Notes under the pieces: model-generated | What the model saw: the letters and a program-made list of their open reading frames with translations, nothing else | Database searches by the model: none | Told to the model about the DNA's origin: nothing | In this document: positions 51,853 through 60,581 of the stretch, piece by piece | Layout: each line of letters begins with the position of its first letter | Numbering within the stretch: position 1 is the first letter of the stretch | Assembly: GCA_027314705.1 (NCBI GenBank) | Contig: DAHVAJ010000109.1 | Location: 45,562-109,561 of the forward strand | Origin: Acidimicrobiaceae bacterium | GTDB taxonomy: Bacteria; Actinomycetota; Acidimicrobiia; Acidimicrobiales; RAAP-2 | Length of the DNA stretch: 64,000 bases | Reading direction: 5' to 3' | Program-made: the position numbers and the translations under genes

Positions 51853-52681
51853 GGCCGGCCTCCCCGTGCCGTCCGGCGTCCTCGGGCTCGCCGGCCTCGA
51901 CACCGCCGGCCTCGAAGGTGGTGAGGGCCTCCCAGCCCGGCGGGGGCGGGGCCAGGCGCCAGTACTGCTCGGGCACGTTGGCGTCGAGGCGCTCGGCCAG
52001 CAGGTGGTCGCGCTCGAGGGGGGCGATCTGGCTGGCGTAGCAGGCGAGGGCCGCCCGCTTGGTCGCCATGTCGGGCCGGACGGGGACGATGGCCGGCGTG
52101 GGCCACAGGCCCGACCGGAAGAGGGACGCCACCCGCCAGGCGAGGAGGCCCGGGAGGTGGAGGTAGCCGCCGTCCTCGTAGCAGAACCAGAGCGGAGCCC
52201 CGGAGGCGCCGCCGAGCATCCGGCGGGCCAGCAGCCCGGCGTCGTGGGTCAGTCCGTGGTCGGGATTGGCCAGGCCCATGGGCAGGAACACGGCGCTCGG
52301 CGACTCGCCGGCCAGGGCGGCGGCCAGCTCCGGCGCCACGTCGGCCGGCCGGGGTCGCCGGTCCGGCGGGAGGTACTGGTGGTCGGCGAACTCGAGCCAC
52401 ACCGGCCGGGCCCCGAGCACGGCCAGGGCGGCGCGGTCCTCCTCCCGGCGCAGTCCGACCACGTCGTCGCCGGCGGCGAAGCCGGCCAGGGCGTCCCACT
52501 CGGTCGGATCGTCCGGGTAGGCCGGTGGCCGGCCGCCGAGGACGGTGACCACCGTGCTGCCCGGGTACGAGGCGAGCAGGTGGGCCGCCCCGAGGGCGGC
52601 GTCGTCGAAGTGCGGGGAGACCACCACCACCCGCTCCAGCACCCCGGCCGGCAGGGCCCCCCAGAGCTCCCGCGACTCCAT
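51842..52681 (-). CDS. PIG-L / LmbE family deacetylase
   Basis: 279 aa from ATG 52679-52681 (MESRELWG). Motifs: VVVSPHFDDAALG (PIG-L metal motif) and NPDHGLTHD. Confidence 0.82.
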   Translation of the reverse strand: MESRELWGALPAGVLERVVVVSPHFDDAALGAAHLLASYPGSTVVTVLGGRPPAYPDDPTEWDALAGFAAGDDVVGLRREEDRAALAVLGARPVWLEFADHQYLPPDRRPRPADVAPELAAALAGESPSAVFLPMGLANPDHGLTHDAGLLARRMLGGASGAPLWFCYEDGGYLHLPGLLAWRVASLFRSGLWPTPAIVPVRPDMATKRAALACYASQIAPLERDHLLAERLDANVPEQYWRLAPPPPGWEALTTFEAGGVEAGEPEDAGRHGEAGRGG

Positions 52682-52707
52682 GGGACGAGCGTACCCGGGC
52701 CCGGGGT

Positions 52708-53544
52708 TCAGCCGAGGGCCCGGCGGAGGAAGCCGAGCATGCCGACCAGGCCCAGGACGATCAGGTAGCCCGCGGCGACGACGAAGCACAGCCAGGTCGG
52801 CAGGTGGGGCACGCCGGTCGTCATGAGGGCGCGGAGCCCTTCGCTCACGTAGGTCATCGGATTGAGGGCCGAGACGACCTGGAACCAGCGCAGGCGGCCC
52901 AGCGAGGGCCAGGGGTACTGGCTCGACCCGGTGAAGATCAACGGGGTGAGGACGAGGGCGAACGTCACGTTGATCCGGTTGGGGGGCACGTAGGTGCCGA
53001 GGATGAGGCCCATGGCCGCCCCGAGCAGCGAGCCGAGGACGATCATGACCACGACCCCGGGCGCCGTCGACGCGTGCCACGGGATCGACCCGAGGATCCA
53101 GATCCCGATGGGGAACATGACGGCCGCCGCCACGCAGGCCCGCAGGGCCGCGAAGACGACCTTCTCCACGGCGACACCGCCGATGGGCAGCGGGGCGAGC
53201 AGCCGGTCCTCGATCTCGTTGCTGTAGGAGAACTCGATCACGAGGGGGAGGGCGGTGCTCTGGAGCCCGGTGAGCACGGCGGCCAGGGCCACCAGCCCGG
53301 GAAAGAGGACCTGCTGGTAGCCGGGCTGGGTGTAGCCCAGTTCGGCCAGCACCTTGCCGAAGACGAAGAGGAGGAAGAGGGGCTGGAGGATGACCTGGGC
53401 CAGGAAGATCGGGAACTCCCGACCGGTGACGAAGAGGTCGCGGCGCAGGATGGCCAGACCGGTCCGCCACGGCCCCCAGTGGGGGAGGTGGGGGAGCGTC
53501 CCGGGGCCGCCGGGTCCCTCGGGCGCCCCGGTGGGGCCGCTCAC
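52708..53544 (-). CDS. ABC-2 type transporter permease
   Basis: 278 aa. GTG 53542-53544 overlaps the ATPase stop (GTGA). About six hydrophobic spans, e.g. FPIFLAQVILQPLFLLFVFG, VVVMIVLGSLLGAAMGLILG, LCFVVAAGYLIVLGLVGMLGF. Confidence 0.8.
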   Translation of the reverse strand: MSGPTGAPEGPGGPGTLPHLPHWGPWRTGLAILRRDLFVTGREFPIFLAQVILQPLFLLFVFGKVLAELGYTQPGYQQVLFPGLVALAAVLTGLQSTALPLVIEFSYSNEIEDRLLAPLPIGGVAVEKVVFAALRACVAAAVMFPIGIWILGSIPWHASTAPGVVVMIVLGSLLGAAMGLILGTYVPPNRINVTFALVLTPLIFTGSSQYPWPSLGRLRWFQVVSALNPMTYVSEGLRALMTTGVPHLPTWLCFVVAAGYLIVLGLVGMLGFLRRALG

Positions 53545-54581
53545 CGGAGGGCCCGTCCGGTCAGGTGGATGAACACGTCCTCGAGGTTGGGCTCGCCCAT
53601 GCGCACGTCGGTCAGGCGGGCACCGGCGGCCCCGACCAGTTGGGCCACCGGGGCCACGCTGGCGGCGGCATCGCCGTGCACGTAGACGCGGATGCGCCAC
53701 GGCGTGCCCGACGGATCGTCGAGGCGTTCGGTGGCGTGCACGGTGGGCAGCGCCCTGAGCGCGGCGTCGAGCGCCTCCGGGTCGGCGGACGGCTCCGGTT
53801 CGACGGTGCAGTCGAGGGTGCGCTCGTCGGTCATGCCCCGCACCAGGGCGGCCGGGGTGTCGAGGGCGAGGAGCGTCCCGTGGTCGATGATGGCCACCCG
53901 ATCGCTCAGGGTGGCCGCCTCGTCCATGTCGTGGGTGGTGATGACCACGGTGGTCCCGGCCGACCGGAGCTCGGCGACCCGCTCCCACAGGAACAGGCGG
54001 GCGGCCGGGTCGAGGCCGGTCGACGGTTCGTCGAGGAACAGCACGGCGGGAGCGTGCATGAGGGCGCGGGCGATCATCATGCGCTGGATCTGGCCGCCCG
54101 AGAACTCGTCGGGACGCCCCTCGGGCCGGTCGGCCAGCCCGAACTGCTCGAGCAGCTCGTCGGCCAGGCGCTGCCGTCGGGCCCGGGGCACACCGTGGTA
54201 GCTGGCGTGGAAGAGGAGGTTCTGGCGCACCGAGAGCGACCGGTCGAGGTTGTTGGTCTGGGGTACGACCCCGAGGACCCGTCGGGCGCCGACCGGGTCG
54301 GCCACCACGTCGACGCCGGCCACCAGGGCCCGGCCCCGGGTCGGGCGGATGCGGGTGGTGAGGATCCCGATGGTGGTCGTCTTGCCGGCCCCGTTCGGCC
54401 CGAGGAAGCCGAAGACCTCGCCCTGCTCGACCCGGAAGCTCACGCCGGCGAGCGACTCGGTGGCCGCCTTGGGGTACCGCTTGGCCAGCTCGACGACCTC
54501 CACGGCCGCCCGGCCCGTTGCCCGGGCGGGCCCGGGCGCGCCGGTGGCCGGAGCGCTCCCGTGGTGCGGTCCTGCCGGCAT
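53541..54581 (-). CDS. ABC transporter ATP-binding protein (DrrA/ABC-2 exporter type)
   Basis: 346 aa. Motifs: GPNGAGKTTT, FSGGQIQRMMIARAL, VLFLDEPSTGLD. ATG 54579-54581 is preceded by three tandem GGGGAG-containing 9-mers. Confidence 0.88.
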   Translation of the reverse strand: MPAGPHHGSAPATGAPGPARATGRAAVEVVELAKRYPKAATESLAGVSFRVEQGEVFGFLGPNGAGKTTTIGILTTRIRPTRGRALVAGVDVVADPVGARRVLGVVPQTNNLDRSLSVRQNLLFHASYHGVPRARRQRLADELLEQFGLADRPEGRPDEFSGGQIQRMMIARALMHAPAVLFLDEPSTGLDPAARLFLWERVAELRSAGTTVVITTHDMDEAATLSDRVAIIDHGTLLALDTPAALVRGMTDERTLDCTVEPEPSADPEALDAALRALPTVHATERLDDPSGTPWRIRVYVHGDAAASVAPVAQLVGAAGARLTDVRMGEPNLEDVFIHLTGRALR

Positions 54582-54608
54582 CTCCCCCTGCTCCCCCTGC
54601 TCCCCGTG
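54582..54608 (-). repeat. 9-bp x3 tandem repeat carrying SD-like GGGGAG, abutting the ABC ATPase ATG
   Basis: The reverse strand reads CACGGGGAG CAGGGGGAG CAGGGGGAG ATG. Confidence 0.9.
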
Positions 54609-54712
54609 CGGGTGTCGCCCGGGCCCGGTCCGCCGGGACCGCAGGCGGCGCCCAACCTAATCGGCCGCTCGGGTCCGGCGCCCCGGGTCGGGGAGGTCGC
54701 CCGGTGGAGGCG

Positions 54713-55015
54713 TCACGCCCACGGGGGCGTCACCGGGTCGGCGCTGAACACGGTCAGCTCCACCGTGCGGGCCGGCACGGCCGGGCGGCCCGCCGACGGT
54801 GCCGCCCCGAGGGCGGCGACGTGGGCCTCGAGCGCGGCCATCGACTCCCACCGCTCGAGAAGTCGGACCCGGCCCGGGTCGCCGGCGTCGGCGGCGAAGG
54901 AGTAGTCGAGGCACCCGGGCTCGGACCGGGTGGCGGCCACCTGGTCCGTCCTCGATTCGAGGAAACGGGCCCGGTCGCCCGGCTCCATGGCGAACACGCC
55001 GACCACGATGACCAT
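54713..55015 (-). CDS. Antibiotic-biosynthesis-monooxygenase (ABM) domain protein
   Basis: 100 aa from ATG 55013-55015 (MVIVVGVFAMEPGDRARFLE...EPGCLDYSF...LLERWESMAALEAHV), with GAGAGGAG upstream. Confidence 0.7.
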   Translation of the reverse strand: MVIVVGVFAMEPGDRARFLESRTDQVAATRSEPGCLDYSFAADAGDPGRVRLLERWESMAALEAHVAALGAAPSAGRPAVPARTVELTVFSADPVTPPWA

Positions 55016-55111
55016 CCTGGCTCCTCTCCCGGGCCGGCGCGGCGCCGGACGCCGCCGCCGTCTCACACTACGATCCCGCCGGGGGGTGCGACGGGCGAGG
55101 GGGGACGGGCC

Positions 55112-55501
55112 ATGGGGGAGTCGGGGTACGGGTCACGGCCGGACTACCGGGTGGACGTCCTGGCCCGGCGCAACCGGGTGACGGCCACCGTCGGAGGCCT
55201 GCTGGTGGCCGACAGCAGGCACGGCCTGATCGTCGACGAACAGGACCACGGCCTCGTCGTCTACTTCCCTCCGGCCGACGTCCGCCTGGAGCTCTTCGTC
55301 CGGGACGACCGCACGTCGTACTGCCCGTTCAAGGGGCAGGCCACCTACCGGCGCCTGGACCGGGCCGGGGTCGCCGTTCTGGCGTGGAGCTACGAGGAGC
55401 CCTATCCGGAGGTGGCCCGCCTGGCCGGCCACGTCGCCTTCTTCCAGGACGTCGTCGAGGTGCGCCTGGGTGCGGCCGACCCGCCCGTGTCGGGCCGGTG
55501 A
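55112..55501 (+). CDS. DUF427 domain protein
   Basis: 129 aa. Motifs: VYFPPADV, SYCPFKGQATY, VAFFQDVVEV. Confidence 0.75.
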   Translation: MGESGYGSRPDYRVDVLARRNRVTATVGGLLVADSRHGLIVDEQDHGLVVYFPPADVRLELFVRDDRTSYCPFKGQATYRRLDRAGVAVLAWSYEEPYPEVARLAGHVAFFQDVVEVRLGAADPPVSGR

Positions 55502-56382
55502 CCGCCGAGCTCCCGGACGGGCCCCGCCCGTCGAGCGTCGAGTGGATGCTCGAGATCTTCGACGTGGCGCCCGAGGGCGCCGGCCGGTTCGTGGGGACCA
55601 GCGACGGGGGAGCGCGTCGGGTGGTGGACGGGAGCCAGCTGCTCGGCCAGGCCGTGGTGGCGGCGGCGAAGTCGCTCCCGAGGCACCGGGTCCGGTCGGC
55701 CCACGCCGTGTTCACCCGGGTCGTCGACGACGCCCGGCCGATCGGGTTCGCCGTCGAGGTGACCCACGACGGGCGGACGACCGCCGCCGCGGTGGTCGGC
55801 GTGGAGCAGGGCGGCCGGCGGTGCGCCACCGTCAGCGTCCACCTCGACGTGCCCGGTGCGGACGTCGTCCGTCACGCCGCCGGCCCGCCCGCCGTGGGCG
55901 GCCCCGGCGCCGCGCTCCCCCAACGGATGCCCATGGCCGGCCGCGAGCTGCGCATCGTCGGCGTGCCCGATCCGAACGACCCCGACCACGTCGGTCCGCC
56001 CGAGCTCGACGCCTGGGTCCGCTTCGACCCCGTTCCCGACCGCCCGGAGCTGGCCCGCGCCCTCGTGGCCCACTTCACCGGCCATCTGGCCATCTCCGCC
56101 ACCCTGCGCGCCCACCCGGGGATCGGCACGGCCGCGGCCCACCGGACGGTCTCGACCGCCGTCTTGACCATCACCGTGAGCTTCCACGAGCCGTTCGGCT
56201 GGGACGGCTGGCTGCTCTACCACCACGAGAGCACCTCGGCCGGGGCCGGGACGTCGTACGTCCGGGGCCAGGTCTTCACCGAGGAGGGGGCCCTCATCGC
56301 CTCGTTCGTCCAGGAGGGGATGATCCGGGCGTTCGCCGACGGTCGTCCGGGTCCCGACCTCCCGGTCGAGGCCCGGCTCTAG
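55498..56382 (+). CDS. Acyl-CoA thioesterase II (TesB-like, double hotdog)
   Basis: 294 aa. GTG 55498 overlaps the DUF427 stop (GTGA). RVVDGSQLLGQAVVAAAK...RSAHAVF and WLLYHHESTSAGAGTSYVRGQVFTEEGALIASFVQEGMIR match the TesB layout. Confidence 0.78.
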   Translation: MTAELPDGPRPSSVEWMLEIFDVAPEGAGRFVGTSDGGARRVVDGSQLLGQAVVAAAKSLPRHRVRSAHAVFTRVVDDARPIGFAVEVTHDGRTTAAAVVGVEQGGRRCATVSVHLDVPGADVVRHAAGPPAVGGPGAALPQRMPMAGRELRIVGVPDPNDPDHVGPPELDAWVRFDPVPDRPELARALVAHFTGHLAISATLRAHPGIGTAAAHRTVSTAVLTITVSFHEPFGWDGWLLYHHESTSAGAGTSYVRGQVFTEEGALIASFVQEGMIRAFADGRPGPDLPVEARL

Positions 56383-56478
56383 GGTCGGGGCCGGGGAGCG
56401 GACGGCCCGCTCGGTCGGGCGCCGCTAGGGTGGCCGGACGCTCGTCCGGGTCGGACCGACACGAGAGGCAGGTGGCCG

Positions 56479-57327
56479 GTGAAGTTCGCGATCTCCCTGG
56501 GCGTGCTCAGCCCGTCGCTGTGGACCGAGGCCGCGCTGGAGGCCGACCGGCTCGGCTACGACTCGGTGTGGATCCCCGAGCACCTGGTGCTCCCGGTGGC
56601 CCTGGGCGGGAGCCCGCACCACGGCGAGGACCACCCACCGATCCCCGCCGAGGTGCCCGTGGTCGACCCCTTCGTCTACCTGGCCGCCGTGGCCGCACGC
56701 ACGGAACGGATCCGCCTCGGGACCCACGTCTACAACATCGGCCTCCGGCACCCGTTCTCCACGGCGCGCGCCGTGGCCACCCTCGACCACCTCTCCGGGG
56801 GCCGGGTCGACTTCGGGATCGGCGCCAGCTGGCTCCGGGCCGAGTGGGAGGCGGTGGGACTCGACTTCGACGGCCGGGGCGCCCGGGTCGACGAGGCCCT
56901 CGACGTCTGCACCCGCCTGTGGTCCGAGCCCGTCGTCGAGCACCACGGGACGGCGTTCGACTTCGCCCCGGTCCGCTTCGAGCCCAAACCGGTCCAGCGG
57001 CCGTGGCCCCGCCTCCACATCGGGGGTGACGGTCCGGCCGCCCTCCGCCGGGCGGCCACGGTGGGCGACGGCTGGGTGCCCATGAACCACACCCTCGAGC
57101 AGATCCCGGCCCGGGTGGCCACGCTCGCCGACCTGCGGGCCCGGGCCGGGCGCCCGGGGCGCACCGAGGTGACCCTCGGGGGGCCGGTCGCCTCGGCCGC
57201 CGACGTCGAGCGGTACGCCGAGGCCGGCGTCGACCGACTGTTCGTCAAGCCGTGGCGGCGTTCGTCGGAGGCCCTGGACGGCCTCCGGCGTTTCGCCGAG
57301 GAGTACCTCCCGGCCGGAGCGACCTGA
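56479..57327 (+). CDS. Luciferase-like (LLM class) F420-dependent oxidoreductase
   Basis: 282 aa with GTG start. Motifs: MKFAISLG, GYDSVWIPEHLVLP, GGRVDFGIGASWLRAEWEAVG, GDGWVP. Confidence 0.82.
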   Translation: MKFAISLGVLSPSLWTEAALEADRLGYDSVWIPEHLVLPVALGGSPHHGEDHPPIPAEVPVVDPFVYLAAVAARTERIRLGTHVYNIGLRHPFSTARAVATLDHLSGGRVDFGIGASWLRAEWEAVGLDFDGRGARVDEALDVCTRLWSEPVVEHHGTAFDFAPVRFEPKPVQRPWPRLHIGGDGPAALRRAATVGDGWVPMNHTLEQIPARVATLADLRARAGRPGRTEVTLGGPVASAADVERYAEAGVDRLFVKPWRRSSEALDGLRRFAEEYLPAGAT

Positions 57328-57539
57328 CCAGACCGCTGCGCGCCGGCGACGACGGCCCGGCGCCGGAGCGACGCGCCCGACGAAGGGTACGGCCCCGGGG
57401 CGTCCCCTCGTAGACTGCGGAGGCGAGGTCGTCGCGCCAGGGAGGAGCGGACCGGTGGCACCCTCCAGCACAGAGGTCGAGACCGTGGCGGTGCGGCCGT
57501 CCTCCACGGCCGCCGCCGTCGCCGCCGCCGGGTAGGCGC

Positions 57540-58499
57540 ATGGTCTACGTCCTGGCGCTCACGTCGGCCCTGGCCAACGCCCTCACCAGCATCCTCCAGC
57601 GGATGGGGGTGGAGGATGCCCCCGAGGACGCCACCCTGCACCTCCGCCTGCTCACCCACGCCCTGCGCCGGGGCGTCTGGCTCGCCGGGTTCGCCGTCAT
57701 GATCGGCTCGTTCCTCTGCCAGGCGGTGGCCCTCCACATCGGCAACCTGAGCACGGTGCAGCCCATCCTCACGTTCGAGCTGCCCCTCCTCGTCCTCATC
57801 CTGGCCACCTGGTTCGGGTTCTCCATCGGCGGCCGCGAGTGGCTCGGCTGTCTGGCCGCCGCCGGCGGGCTCGCCGGGTTCCTGGTCTTCGCCCGGCCGA
57901 TCGGGGGCGACCTCGTGCCCACGGCCGCCCAGTGGCTCACCGCCGGCGGCGCGTGCGCCGCCTTCGTGGCCGTCGCCGTCTTCCTGGCCCGCCGGGGACC
58001 CCGGTGGTGGCGGGCGGCGGCGTTCGGGGCGGCCGGCGCCGTGGGCTTCGCCTTCACCGCCTCGCTGATCAAGGCGGTGGGGAACCTGACCGCCGGCGAC
58101 CCGGTGCGGATCCTGGACCACTGGCAGACCTACGCCTTGGCCGTGTGCGGCGTGGGCTCGCTGTTCCTGGCCCAGAACGCCTTCCACGCCGGCCCCATCG
58201 CCGCCTCCCAGACCGCCCTGGTGCTGGTCGACCCGCTGGCCAGCCTGGCCATCGGCATCGGCATCTTCGGCGACAACCTGCGCACCGCCGGCGCCTACGG
58301 CCCCCTGGAGGCGCTCTCCCTACTCGTCATGTTCGTCGGGGCCATCTCCCTGGCCCGTTCGCCGTTGATCTCGGGCGTGAAGGGCGAGGAGGACCACTAC
58401 GCCGAGCTGCTCTCCACGCGGTCCCGGTCGCGGCGGCCCGAGCGCCCGGCCCGGCCCACGCTGGCCGCCGAGGGCGGCCCGGATCTCGAGGCGGAGTGA
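57540..58499 (+). CDS. Integral membrane protein, DMT/EamA-like (about 10 hydrophobic spans by eye)
   Basis: 319 aa, repeated hydrophobic helices, charged C-terminal tail. Function not assignable from sequence alone. Confidence 0.65.
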   Translation: MVYVLALTSALANALTSILQRMGVEDAPEDATLHLRLLTHALRRGVWLAGFAVMIGSFLCQAVALHIGNLSTVQPILTFELPLLVLILATWFGFSIGGREWLGCLAAAGGLAGFLVFARPIGGDLVPTAAQWLTAGGACAAFVAVAVFLARRGPRWWRAAAFGAAGAVGFAFTASLIKAVGNLTAGDPVRILDHWQTYALAVCGVGSLFLAQNAFHAGPIAASQTALVLVDPLASLAIGIGIFGDNLRTAGAYGPLEALSLLVMFVGAISLARSPLISGVKGEEDHYAELLSTRSRSRRPERPARPTLAAEGGPDLEAE

Positions 58500-58524
58500 G
58501 CGACCCCGCCGGCCGGGCCCACCG

Positions 58525-59982
58525 GTGAACCTCGGCCACGCCATCGACCCGGCCGTGGACGCCGTGCCCGGGCGTGCGGCCCTCGTCGTGGACGGCACGG
58601 CCCTCACCTACGCCGGCCTCGAGGGGGAGGTGCGGCGGACGGCGTCGGCGCTGGCCTCGGCCGGGGTGGGGCCCGGCGACCGGGTCGCCCTGGTGGACCT
58701 GGGGAGCACGCTGGCCGTGGCCACCATCCTGGGCGCGGCCCGGCTCGGTGCGGCCAGCGCCCCGATGAACGCCTACCTGACCCCGGGCGAGCTCCGGCAC
58801 CTGGCCGGCCTCGTCGGGGCCCGGGTCGGGGTGGCCGGCGGTCCCTTCGCCGAGGCGCTGCGGGAGGCCGTCGACGGCCCGGTGCTGGTGCAGGCGGACG
58901 TGGACGCGGCCTCCTCCGACCCACCGCCGACCACGGGACGCGACCGGGACGTGGCGCTCGTCCTGTTCACGAGCGGCACCACCGGCCACCCCAAACCGGT
59001 GGCCATCACCCACCGGTCCGTGGCCGACCGGCTGGCCTTCTACACCGGGCCGGTGGCCCCCGACGAGCCCCAGGTGGTCGACCTGCTCTCCGTGCCCGTC
59101 TTCCACATCGGAGGCACCCTCGGGCTGCTGGTCTCGCTGCGTCAGGGCAAGCAGCTCGTGGTCCTGCCCCGCTTCGAGGCCGGGGCCTGGCTCGCGCTCG
59201 TCGAGCGGCACCGGGTGGCCCAGACCTTCGTGGTGCCCACCATGCTCCGGCGGATCCTCGACCATCCGCGCCTGGTGGCCACCGACCTCTCGTCGCTGCG
59301 GTCGCTCAGCTACGGGGCCGCCGCCGCCCCCGTCGACCTGGTGCGCCGGGCCCTGGCCGCCCTGCCCGGGGTGGACTTCTCGAACACGTTCGGCCAGACC
59401 GAGACGCTCGGCGCCTACGCCGCGCTCACCCCCGACGACCACCGGCGCGGGGAGCGCCTCGGCTCGGCGGGCCGGCCCCTGCCCGGGGTCGCGGTGCGCG
59501 TCGTCGACCCGGCCACCGGGGAGGACCTGGCCGCCGGGGCCGTCGGCGAGTTCGTCGTGCGGGCCGCGGGGCAGGTCACGACGGGCTGGCTGGCCACCGG
59601 GGACACCGGGTGGCAGGATCCCGACGGCTACCTCCACCCGACGGGCCGGCGGTCCGACACCATCAACCGGGCCGGGGAGAAGATCGGCCCGGTCGAGGTC
59701 GAGGCGGTCCTGCGCACCCACCCGCGCGTGCTCGACGTCGGCGTGGTCGGCGTGCCCGACGACGTGCTGGGCGAGCGGGTGGGGGCGGTCGTCGTGGCCG
59801 ACGGCGATCTGGGTCCCGAGGAGGTGGTGGCCCACTGCGCCGGCCGGCTCTCCGGGTACAAGACCCCCGAACTGGTGGCCTTCGCCGACGAGCTGCCCGA
59901 GACCGTCCTGGGCAAGCCCGACCGGGCCGCCCTGCGGAGGCTCCTGGCCGGCGCCGGGACGGTCACCCGACCGCCGGCCTGA
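58525..59982 (+). CDS. AMP-dependent acyl-CoA ligase
   Basis: 485 aa with GTG start. Motifs: VLFTSGTTGHPKPV, FGQTETLG, GWLATGDTGWQDPDGYLHPTGRRSDTINRAGEKI, GKPDR. Confidence 0.9.
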   Translation: MNLGHAIDPAVDAVPGRAALVVDGTALTYAGLEGEVRRTASALASAGVGPGDRVALVDLGSTLAVATILGAARLGAASAPMNAYLTPGELRHLAGLVGARVGVAGGPFAEALREAVDGPVLVQADVDAASSDPPPTTGRDRDVALVLFTSGTTGHPKPVAITHRSVADRLAFYTGPVAPDEPQVVDLLSVPVFHIGGTLGLLVSLRQGKQLVVLPRFEAGAWLALVERHRVAQTFVVPTMLRRILDHPRLVATDLSSLRSLSYGAAAAPVDLVRRALAALPGVDFSNTFGQTETLGAYAALTPDDHRRGERLGSAGRPLPGVAVRVVDPATGEDLAAGAVGEFVVRAAGQVTTGWLATGDTGWQDPDGYLHPTGRRSDTINRAGEKIGPVEVEAVLRTHPRVLDVGVVGVPDDVLGERVGAVVVADGDLGPEEVVAHCAGRLSGYKTPELVAFADELPETVLGKPDRAALRRLLAGAGTVTRPPA

Positions 59983-60083
59983 CCCCGGGCCTGCCCGGAG
60001 CCGGGCCGTCGCGCTACGGTGCGCACCGGCGACGGCCGGCGCGACGGCCACGCCCCCCGGGGACGACACGAGAGGAGCCCGAC

Positions 60084-60581
60084 GTGGGAGACGACATCCT
60101 GGACGCCATCACCGGCCGGTCGACCGGGACGACCGTGGTCACCGTCGAGCGCGGGCAGCTGGCCCTGTTCGCCTCGGCCGTGAAGGACCCGAGCCCGATC
60201 TACCGCGACCCGCGGGCCGCGGCCGCCGCCGGACTGCCGGGCATCCCGGCCCCACCCACCTACCCGTTCGTGATGGGGAACTTCGGCGCCTTCCCGGAGC
60301 TCCAGGCCGAAGGGGGGGGATCCGACAACCCGATGGCCGAGGTGCTCGGTCCGCTCCTGGCCGGGGGCGGCATCATCCTCCACGGCGAGCAGGAGTTCAC
60401 CTACCACCGGCCGGTCTACGCCGGAGACGTCCTGGTGGGCCGGGGCACGGTGGCCGACGCCTACCGCAAGGAGTCCAAGGGGCGGACCATGACCTTCGTG
60501 GTGGTGGACACGGTGTGGAGCGACCGGGAGACCGACGAGCCCGTGTGCACCTCGCGCATGAACATCATCCACCGCGGCTGA
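60084..60581 (+). CDS. MaoC-like hotdog protein, N-terminal-half type (FAS1-dehydratase-N / UPF0336-like), no hydratase-2 motif
   Basis: 165 aa from GTG 60084, with GAGAGGAG upstream. Motifs: VERGQLALFASAVKDPSPIYRD, PTYPFV, ILHGEQEFTYHRPVYAGDVL. Confidence 0.75.
   Translation: MGDDILDAITGRSTGTTVVTVERGQLALFASAVKDPSPIYRDPRAAAAAGLPGIPAPPTYPFVMGNFGAFPELQAEGGGSDNPMAEVLGPLLAGGGIILHGEQEFTYHRPVYAGDVLVGRGTVADAYRKESKGRTMTFVVVDTVWSDRETDEPVCTSRMNIIHRG

Noticed and set aside
57328-57539. Assignment of the long leader to a known riboswitch class (guanidine-I/II/III, SAM, Mn, ZTP)
   Set aside because: I could not find the conserved core sequences of those classes by eye. It is reported only as an unclassified structured leader.
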